A stretch of 64,000 bases of DNA from Arenicella sp. (GTDB lineage: Bacteria > Pseudomonadota > Gammaproteobacteria > Arenicellales > Arenicellaceae). Below are positions 49,449-56,938 of the stretch, in pieces. The notes below the pieces were generated by a model. That model worked only from the letters and a program-made list of their open reading frames with translations. It was not told the origin of the DNA and made no database searches. The position numbers and the translations under genes were made by a program. Within the stretch, counting starts at the first letter, position 1, and every line of letters starts with the position of its first letter. The stretch covers positions 2,427-66,426 of the forward strand of contig JALZVW010000070.1 of NCBI GenBank assembly GCA_023301745.1, written 5' to 3'.

Positions 49449-50492
49449 CTAAATTTGGTATCCAAACTCTCCGACAACGAGTCCTGAGCCAGAATGAATA
49501 CCTCCAATTTTATCCCCAGATCTTAATTTACCAGTATTGAGGAGCTTTTCAAAGTTAATCGGGAAGGTTGCTGAAGTAATATTAGCTAAGGTGTCATAGG
49601 TTTTAATCATATGTTCGTTATCAACGGTACTAAATGATTGGAATTTCTCGAATGGTCTCTTGCCCGTTTGGTGGCTCAACACCCAATCAAAACTATTCCA
49701 ACCAAGCATTAATAAGGTTTCGTCAATGATTTTACGGTGCATCCATATCGATGCTCCGACTATCGGCCCCATATTCATCTGACCATGGAATGTTCCGTCT
49801 GAGTTGACTCCGTAGTAACATTTGTCTACATGTGAGCTGTCTGTTTTAGTGTGAAAAAGCTTAAAACCTGTGTCTTCGTCAATGTCAGAAAGCCCTAAGA
49901 TTACAGCGCCACCGGCATCTCCTACGGTTAGAGCGCCAAGCGTTTTTTGTGCTGTTTCAGCATCGACACCCGCTTTAAGATATTCGACCGCGGCGAGTAA
50001 AATTCTTGAAGGAATTTCCCCAGTACAGATTAATGCATGCCTAACAGTGCCACTGTGTAAAAAGTGGTTTGCCGTCTCAATCGCATGCATAAACCCAAAA
50101 CACGCATTAGACATATCAAATACATGATTAGCCTTTAGATTAAGTCTCGCTTGTATTGTGTGAGCTGTTGCTGGTTCAGAATGATCTCGTTCGATACCGC
50201 AAAAAATCACCAAATCGATTAAGTCTGGGTTAATATTTGATTCATCAATCGCTTTTTTAGCGGCCGGAATCGCTAAGTCTGATGGTTGGAAATCGGCAGG
50301 TGATATCCGCCGCTCTTTGATTCCCATTGATTCGGACATCCAGTTAATTGGAATATCATATTGAATATCCGATTTTATTTCCGACATAATATCGTCGGAT
50401 TTTAGCGTCTGCTCCGGTAGGTATGAGCCAACAGATAAGATTTTAGTGTTGGCTATTTCAGTTTGAAAACGCATGCTTGTGTGGTAGTTCAT
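49449..50492 (-). CDS. FabH-like beta-ketoacyl synthase III family condensing enzyme (not in a fab cluster)
   Basis: The Cys-His-Asn triad contexts are present: 'DMSNACFGFMHAIE', 'WVLSHQTGKRPF' and 'LANITSATFP'. 347 aa, located 21 nt upstream of the 7TM-HTH gene. Confidence 0.8.
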   Translation of the reverse strand: MNYHTSMRFQTEIANTKILSVGSYLPEQTLKSDDIMSEIKSDIQYDIPINWMSESMGIKERRISPADFQPSDLAIPAAKKAIDESNINPDLIDLVIFCGIERDHSEPATAHTIQARLNLKANHVFDMSNACFGFMHAIETANHFLHSGTVRHALICTGEIPSRILLAAVEYLKAGVDAETAQKTLGALTVGDAGGAVILGLSDIDEDTGFKLFHTKTDSSHVDKCYYGVNSDGTFHGQMNMGPIVGASIWMHRKIIDETLLMLGWNSFDWVLSHQTGKRPFEKFQSFSTVDNEHMIKTYDTLANITSATFPINFEKLLNTGKLRSGDKIGGIHSGSGLVVGEFGYQI

Positions 50493-50523
50493 AGTAATTC
50501 TCGTTGTTAATATTAAAAATAAA

Positions 50524-50546
50524 CATGTTACCGATATGGCAACATG
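50524..50546. promoter_or_regulatory. Near-perfect 23-bp palindrome (candidate operator) upstream of the KAS III-like gene
   Basis: CATGTTACC-GATAT-GGCAACATG (8 of 9 arm positions complementary), 32-54 nt upstream of the ATG at 50492. On the minus strand it contains a -35-like TTGCCA. Confidence 0.4.
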
Positions 50547-50738
50547 CCCATTTTTTAATCATTCGAGATTTAATAGCTAGCCAAAAAGAGAAGAACTATG
50601 GGCTAAAAGTGATAGTTTGGGCCCTACTAAGGCCTAAACTGTGGAATATAAGCGCGGGCGCTTAGCCGCATTAACAAAATACAACTAAGCCGTCATAAGA
50701 AGCGGCCGCGATTGTCATGCTGCTACCCTACTTAGCCC

Positions 50739-53700
50739 CTACTTAGCTACGACGGTAACCTTGTGCCCGGCCACCCAGTGCTTATGTTCGTCGGTGTAGT
50801 AAAGATACGTGCGGCTTGCTGGGCCAGTGAATGAACCTGGCACGTTTGCGGTTAGGCTAATCGGGACCACGCGTTTCTCATTCGCGTTTAAAGCGCGCCA
50901 GTACAAAATCACTTCTCGGCCAACAACTTCGTAGCTGCTGATCCGGTCGGCACCCACCAGTTCTTTTAGCTGATCGTGGCGCACCTCTAGACCGGCCGGT
51001 ATGCCAATAATGGCCATGGGTGTTGGCGCAATGTTGCTGCCGACTGACACCGTCACCTGCATTTCTAGTGGTTCGCCTTCTACGATGTTGTTGTGCGAAA
51101 GCTCTGTTTCAAGTTGTATTTGCGCTTGGTCATTACTCACCGGGAGTGTCGTGTTGTAACTTACCTCTAGGGCAAATGGCATCTTGCTACCGTCACTCAT
51201 TTTGAGCGCCAGGGTGTGCTTGCCGGCCGTTAAGGCGGCGGTAAAATCAGGCAGTTCTATTGCACCTTTTGAGTCTGTGTCAAACGCTACGGGCGTGCCG
51301 AACGGCTTGCCATTAAGTAACAATTGAACCTTACCGGCGCGTTTTGGCTTTGCCCTTGCGGCGTCGTACGCGTTGATTGCTTTAAGGGCCAGTATGGTTG
51401 ACTGGGTAGAGCCAAAACGACCTGATTGGCTGCGCTCAAATAACCATTTCATTGAGGTTTCGACATTGGCGGCCCAACGGGTGTCGTCTCTAAGCCACGC
51501 CAGCAATGTCAAACTTGTGGTCTCAATTAGTAGGCTATCGCCACCTGAACGTGTGATCGAGGTTTCGGCATTGGCTACCGCGCCGATTTGATTGACCTTA
51601 TCTACTAACTTTTGACTGAGGACGGTGGCCGCCGCATTGTCATTGGCTAAGTAAAGGATGTTGGCGGCCAGTGCGATAACGTAGCTGTCTTTGCTTGTTA
51701 GTGCGCGCGCTTTGACGGCGGCGATTTCTTTTGCAAGGGTAGACACGGATTCTCCGCTTTCGAGCAAAGACCACACTATATAGGCATCGGTTGTCGGCTG
51801 TGGTGCGCCGCCGAAACTATCGAGCGCTTTGCTGTTGCGCTTGAAGCCGCCGTTACCATCGCGGCGTTCGAGTAACCAATCACGAGTACGCTTGATCATC
51901 GCGTGGTCAACAGACATGACCTTGGCCATATCAACAAACTCCATCAAACCGTAGGCGGTTAGCGCTTCATGTGCTGGGTTAGCGCCAAACCATTCATAGC
52001 CTTTGTCTTTAGACTCAAAACCAATAAGCTTTTTGTAGCCCTGATTCAGCAGTGTTTTGGCTTTGGCGATTTTGTCAGGGTCGATCCCTTGATGGCTACT
52101 AAAATATTGCTGCGCCATAACAAGCGGGTAATTGGTAGAACTGGTTTGTTCAAAACAACCTGAGGGCTGGCGTAGCAACGCGTTTAGAGCTTCTTCCATA
52201 TTTGCTAGCGGCGAAGGGTAAACCTTGGCGATGGCTTGAATACTGCCTCGTTCAATCGCATCGGGAATAATAATATCGGTACTGAAGCTGTTCTCTGGCC
52301 CGACTAAACCACCATGGTTAACGCTAAAAGGAAAACCATTAGCTTTAACCACTAAGGTGCGCGTGACTCGGTCGGCAAACGGCCCGGCGGCAGCACTCAA
52401 CACCAACGGAAATTGGCCTGGCTTGTCGGCGACGATGCGAACAACTTGTCTAATTCGCTCACCGGCTTTGAGCGCCGAGCTATCGGCTTGCTGAATGTTC
52501 AAGCCTTCGCCTTTGACTAACAGGTTTGCACTCTCTATATCTTGGTCTGACGAGTTAACCATTGCCACCGGCAACTCAACAAGATCACCAACGCTGACTT
52601 CAAGCGGCATTTTAGGTTCGATATAAAATGGCTCAATTGAACTAATCAAGGTGTCGCCCGAGCCGAGCGCGCCGTTACGGCCAAAGGCGTCGCCCATAAT
52701 CCGAAAGCTGGTGACACTATCTGATAGGCCAAATTTAATGCTGGCCTTACCATCGCGCGCGCTAGTGCGAATGCCCTTATGCCAATACAAGGTTTCGGCA
52801 AAGTCAATACGGTCGTTGGCTCTACGATTAGATCTAACTTTGTGAGCGTATTGGCGAATAATTATGGCTCGTTTTGCTTCAAACATTGGGGCTATCTTAC
52901 CGAGCGGATTGACTCGGTTTGCTTGCAATACAAATTCTTGATCAGCTATATCGGCACCGAGCACTGGGGCTTCATCAGCGACTAACTCAATTGGCTTATC
53001 CAATTCAGCCTCGACGGCGGGTTCGGGCACAGGTGCCGGCTCGACCAGCACTTGGTTCTTAAATAATCGTCGATTGCGAACCCCAGCGACAGCGATCTCT
53101 TCGATTGCGAGGTTCTGGCCACGACGATAGTCATTAAACTTAGGCAGGCTTCGCTCGGCTAAGGCTCTCATCGCGGCTTCTAAATTCTTGCCTTTAAGGC
53201 TTGAGTAGTCGACCAATATAAAACGCCGCCACCCTTGAGTGCCTAGCAATAGGTCGACGGCCTTAGGGGCTTTTTCGTTTTCAACATCTAGATACACATG
53301 GGCATCGGCGAGGTCGTTCACTTCATTTTCTAGGTACACCATGACCGGCAGCCGTGGTGCATGTTCGCGCTTTTCAATAATTTCTAATACGGCATCATCG
53401 GTTACGGTTAGACCGACAACCGCTTCAACCGGCTTGCCGTTTTCGTCGGTGGTTAGAATATCAACCGACACCTCACTGCCCGGCACAACTTGCTGATTAG
53501 AAACAGAGAACGACACATTAACTGCGAATTTGGGTTGCCGATAAACCAAACGTTCGGCCAATGGCACACCGTCAGCTGACCAAGCGGTAACGATTAAAAC
53601 ACCTTCGGCATCTTTTGCATCGAGCTCAATAGCGTCTGAGTCAACACGTATTTTAGTAGACATCGTTTTCGTATCGAGCAACTGATCTCGCTTATACAGC

Positions 53701-54860
53701 GTAACCTTTGCTGGGCCATTTTCGCCAAGCGAAGACAGCTGAATCGAGATCGCGTCGTCGTAGGCGTACACCGCTTGGGCGCTGCGTACGACCGTGCCAC
53801 TGCGTTTAACCTCAGGCAACCGAAATTGACGATCAATGCCCGATGGCGCATCTAAGACTAAAACATAACGGGTATCAGCCGCAGGCGTAAACGAAAAGTC
53901 ACCGCGGCCTTCATGAACGGTTGAAAGTGTCGCTACCGAGGGCCCTGTTATGGCGCCGCCACTGTGTTTAAAAACACGCCCTTGAATATCAGCGGGTTTG
54001 CCATCAGGCCGATTCGCTTGAAGGTAAACTCGACTCGCGAGACCGGCAACTAAATCACCACCCTCGGGATAAAAACTTATGCTCATGGTCTGTAAAATAA
54101 TCGGCAGGGTTTTGCTTGCTGTTTCGACCACGCCACCGTCTTCTATTACAAAGGCGATGCTTCCGTCACCAATTTCTATGGTTTTCGGCAAATTGAACTT
54201 AGCCGATAAAACGCCGTTATCAGCCAAACGATAGCCAGATTTTTTAAACACTTGCTCACCGTCAACGCGAGCAATCACGGTGACCTTAGCGCCCTCGGGT
54301 TTGCCGCCCTCGGCACGGCTAATCTTAATATTTGCCTGAACTTCATCACCAGGCCCGTAACCTTCACGAGCAAATTCGATCTGGGTTTTCAAACGGGGCG
54401 CTCGGTACGCGCGAATGTCAAAGCTGCGCTCGGTTTGCGGCACCCCAATCGAAGGGCTTGATACCAATGCGGTATAACGCCCGCCCGGCGTACCCGCGGG
54501 AATCAACCATTTGGTACCCGCTGTGCTGTCATCACCCCTCGCGTGAGTACTAAATACGATGTCGCCCTTCGGGCCTTTGATCTGCACATTGATGTCCGTC
54601 ACACCGTTCGCCAACGGTGTGTTGTCGGCAGCATTCAAGATCGTAGCGCGTAAATAAACCGATTCATTTTCTCGATACACGGGCTTATCGACACTCGCAT
54701 AGACTAAATAGCGCGCTTCACCGCCTAATTGCTCAGCGGTAACAATAGACCTAGCATTAAGCTTCACCGGCTTATCGCCATCAGAGCTAAACGCTGAGCC
54801 AAAAGACAAAACCACTAATAATAAGACTAAGAAAACCACACACTTATTTAATGCCAACAT
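50739..54860 (-). CDS. Alpha-2-macroglobulin-family protein with a thioester motif (secreted, non-lipoprotein)
   Basis: Sec signal peptide (…LSFGSAFS). MG-domain-like 'VDKPVYRENESVYLRATIL'. Thioester motif 'SGCFEQT' (CFEQ at nt 52146-52157, Cys around residue 902). An alpha/alpha-toroid TED-like region follows. The C-terminal receptor-binding-like domain contains 'ISSYEVVGREVILYW'. Confidence 0.88.
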   Translation of the reverse strand: MLALNKCVVFLVLLLVVLSFGSAFSSDGDKPVKLNARSIVTAEQLGGEARYLVYASVDKPVYRENESVYLRATILNAADNTPLANGVTDINVQIKGPKGDIVFSTHARGDDSTAGTKWLIPAGTPGGRYTALVSSPSIGVPQTERSFDIRAYRAPRLKTQIEFAREGYGPGDEVQANIKISRAEGGKPEGAKVTVIARVDGEQVFKKSGYRLADNGVLSAKFNLPKTIEIGDGSIAFVIEDGGVVETASKTLPIILQTMSISFYPEGGDLVAGLASRVYLQANRPDGKPADIQGRVFKHSGGAITGPSVATLSTVHEGRGDFSFTPAADTRYVLVLDAPSGIDRQFRLPEVKRSGTVVRSAQAVYAYDDAISIQLSSLGENGPAKVTLYKRDQLLDTKTMSTKIRVDSDAIELDAKDAEGVLIVTAWSADGVPLAERLVYRQPKFAVNVSFSVSNQQVVPGSEVSVDILTTDENGKPVEAVVGLTVTDDAVLEIIEKREHAPRLPVMVYLENEVNDLADAHVYLDVENEKAPKAVDLLLGTQGWRRFILVDYSSLKGKNLEAAMRALAERSLPKFNDYRRGQNLAIEEIAVAGVRNRRLFKNQVLVEPAPVPEPAVEAELDKPIELVADEAPVLGADIADQEFVLQANRVNPLGKIAPMFEAKRAIIIRQYAHKVRSNRRANDRIDFAETLYWHKGIRTSARDGKASIKFGLSDSVTSFRIMGDAFGRNGALGSGDTLISSIEPFYIEPKMPLEVSVGDLVELPVAMVNSSDQDIESANLLVKGEGLNIQQADSSALKAGERIRQVVRIVADKPGQFPLVLSAAAGPFADRVTRTLVVKANGFPFSVNHGGLVGPENSFSTDIIIPDAIERGSIQAIAKVYPSPLANMEEALNALLRQPSGCFEQTSSTNYPLVMAQQYFSSHQGIDPDKIAKAKTLLNQGYKKLIGFESKDKGYEWFGANPAHEALTAYGLMEFVDMAKVMSVDHAMIKRTRDWLLERRDGNGGFKRNSKALDSFGGAPQPTTDAYIVWSLLESGESVSTLAKEIAAVKARALTSKDSYVIALAANILYLANDNAAATVLSQKLVDKVNQIGAVANAETSITRSGGDSLLIETTSLTLLAWLRDDTRWAANVETSMKWLFERSQSGRFGSTQSTILALKAINAYDAARAKPKRAGKVQLLLNGKPFGTPVAFDTDSKGAIELPDFTAALTAGKHTLALKMSDGSKMPFALEVSYNTTLPVSNDQAQIQLETELSHNNIVEGEPLEMQVTVSVGSNIAPTPMAIIGIPAGLEVRHDQLKELVGADRISSYEVVGREVILYWRALNANEKRVVPISLTANVPGSFTGPASRTYLYYTDEHKHWVAGHKVTVVAK

Positions 54861-55104
54861 TCATCACCTATTTCTTTCAACAGAGTTTTACACTATCGCA
54901 TATATTTTTATTACGCGAACCATGGGCTTTTATGCCAATCATAGTTAAGACGAGCGGAGTCGTCGGATCCTTGGTCGTTTTTTTAACAAATATAAATACC
55001 ACGCCTATTTTCCTCAGCAATACTGTCAGTATCACGTCTTTATAGGCGAGGTCGGCTTATAATATCGTCCACCAATAGACTTCTCACCGAATCCTTAGAC
55101 GCTT

Positions 55105-55509
55105 ATGAACAATACCTTAAAGACGTTCGACTCTCTGTATTTCACACTAGGCCGCGCCTTACTGGGCACCTACTTTCTGTTGCCGGGAATCATGAAAATC
55201 GTTCAATACAATGGCACACTTGCGCTGATGCTAAGCAAGAGCGTGCCCTTTGCCGAGCTGTTATTACCATTAACCATTGCCTTGCAGGTTGGTTTAGGGC
55301 TGCTTGTAATTTTTGGCAAGGTGGTTCGAATTAGCGCGTTACTATTATTTGGGATGACCATTTTGATCAATCTCTATATTCATAATTTTTGGACCTTACA
55401 GGGCGACCCAAATTATGCTCACGAATTACAGAATTTTGTTAAAAACTTAGGTATTGCCGCAGGTTTATTAGTATTAGCTGGGCGCAGTGAAAAACCCGCT
55501 AAGCAATAA
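55105..55509 (+). CDS. DoxX-family membrane protein
   Basis: 134 aa with 4 TM helices. 'LGRALLGTYFLLPGIMKI' and 'HNFW' match the DoxX pattern. Confidence 0.8.
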   Translation: MNNTLKTFDSLYFTLGRALLGTYFLLPGIMKIVQYNGTLALMLSKSVPFAELLLPLTIALQVGLGLLVIFGKVVRISALLLFGMTILINLYIHNFWTLQGDPNYAHELQNFVKNLGIAAGLLVLAGRSEKPAKQ

Positions 55510-55775
55510 GAATTAACGCATTATTAACGCTGGCTTGACGCAGCAATAACAGCGTTGCGCTAAATTGCAGCCAATTCGATTCCTAATCAAGAAGTTCTAT
55601 AGCGTGCAAACCGGCTTGAGAAAGTAGACATAATAAGGATATTTGTTGGGCAAAATTTTCACTTTGTCAGCCGGCGCAGCACAAATGGAATAACTAGTTT
55701 GTTAATTCTTGAGGGAATCGAATTACTCATATAAGCGATTACTGTGCGACTAAAATGAAACGCAGCGCGGTTTAC

Positions 55776-55811
55776 CTGAAGCGCCCTTGAACACTGAGGC
55801 GCCCTTAAACA
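55776..55811. repeat. 2 x 18-bp tandem repeat CTGA(A/G)GCGCCCTT(G/A)AACA
   Basis: Read directly; 53-88 nt downstream of the tas stop codon. Confidence 0.8.
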
Positions 55812-55863
55812 TTGATAGCGCTCAGCTATTCCCCGCTGCCAACAAATCACAGCATTCGATAAT

Positions 55864-56916
55864 CTAAAATGGCTGAGGGAAGCGTCTAATTACCGCCGCT
55901 ACTTGCTGAACAATCTCGTCGGATAAGGCAATTTCATAGGCATCAATATCTTCTTTGAGTTGCGCCATAGACGTTGCACCAATGATCGTTGAAGTAACTC
56001 CGGCTAATTGATAAACCCACGCTAGCGACAACTGCACTAAACTTAAATTGTTCGCATCAGCGACTTCTTTATACGCGGCAATCGCTTGGTGTGACGAAGC
56101 CGTGTCTCGAAAGATGCCATTACGCTGCAGCATGGTCCAACGACAACCTTCTGGTTTCGCTCCGTTGGCGTATTTGCCCGAGAGTGCACCACCGGCAATC
56201 GGAGACCATGGCAGATAGGCCACATCGTTAAAGACACAATTTTCGATTACATACGGCCAGTCCTTCAAATGTAGCAGACTAAATTCATTTTGAATTGATG
56301 CCATCTTAGGCAGGTCATGCTTATCGGCTAACCGCAGATACTCGTTAATACCCCAGGGGGTATCATCAGACAAACCAATGTTGCGAATTTTACCTTCCTT
56401 CATCGCCACATCTAGGGCTTGTAAAATCTCCAACATGCCATCGCTCTCAGCCTTAATGTCGGTTTTTCTGGGATCAACTTTACCAGGCCAATGCTTGGCG
56501 AAATGCGGCGTTGCACGATTTGGCCAATGCAATTGATACAAATCGATGTAATCCGTTTTAAGGCGCGCTAAAGAATCGTCAAGTGCCTCTTTAACTGATG
56601 CAGCGCTAATCGGCGAGCCGCCACGCACCCATGGCAAGCCGCCACCCGCGATTTTACTGGCCAGCACAATGTCTTGGCGCTTACTAGGGTTAGCCTGAAT
56701 CCAATTGCCAATAATAGTTTCAGTGGAACCATAAGTATCTTTGCTCGGCGGCACTGAGTACATCTCAGCGGTATCAATAAAGTTAATGCCTTGATCAAGC
56801 GCGTAATCAATTTGCTCATGGCCTTCAGCTTGAGTATTTTGTTGGCCCCACGTCATGCTGCCTAAGCAGACTTCGCTTACTTGAAGGTTACTGCTACCTA
56901 GTTTTACTTTTTTCAT
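55864..56916 (-). CDS. tas: NADP(H)-dependent aldo-keto reductase, Tas-like
   Basis: Collinear with E. coli Tas: 'LGSMTWGQQNTQAEGHEQIDYALDQGINFIDTAEMYSVPP', 'DYIDLYQLHWP' and 'LRLADKHDLPKMASIQNEFSLL'. Confidence 0.88.
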   Translation of the reverse strand: MKKVKLGSSNLQVSEVCLGSMTWGQQNTQAEGHEQIDYALDQGINFIDTAEMYSVPPSKDTYGSTETIIGNWIQANPSKRQDIVLASKIAGGGLPWVRGGSPISAASVKEALDDSLARLKTDYIDLYQLHWPNRATPHFAKHWPGKVDPRKTDIKAESDGMLEILQALDVAMKEGKIRNIGLSDDTPWGINEYLRLADKHDLPKMASIQNEFSLLHLKDWPYVIENCVFNDVAYLPWSPIAGGALSGKYANGAKPEGCRWTMLQRNGIFRDTASSHQAIAAYKEVADANNLSLVQLSLAWVYQLAGVTSTIIGATSMAQLKEDIDAYEIALSDEIVQQVAAVIRRFPQPF

Positions 56917-56938
56917 AGTTCTTATTGGCTGTGTTTAA

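Noticed and set aside
54861-55863. Small ORFs 54851..55045 (+, 64 aa) and 55659..55850 (-, 63 aa) in the spacers around doxX
   Set aside because: They have no RBS, their composition is implausible, and they overlap promoter or terminator regions of real genes. No family is recognised.
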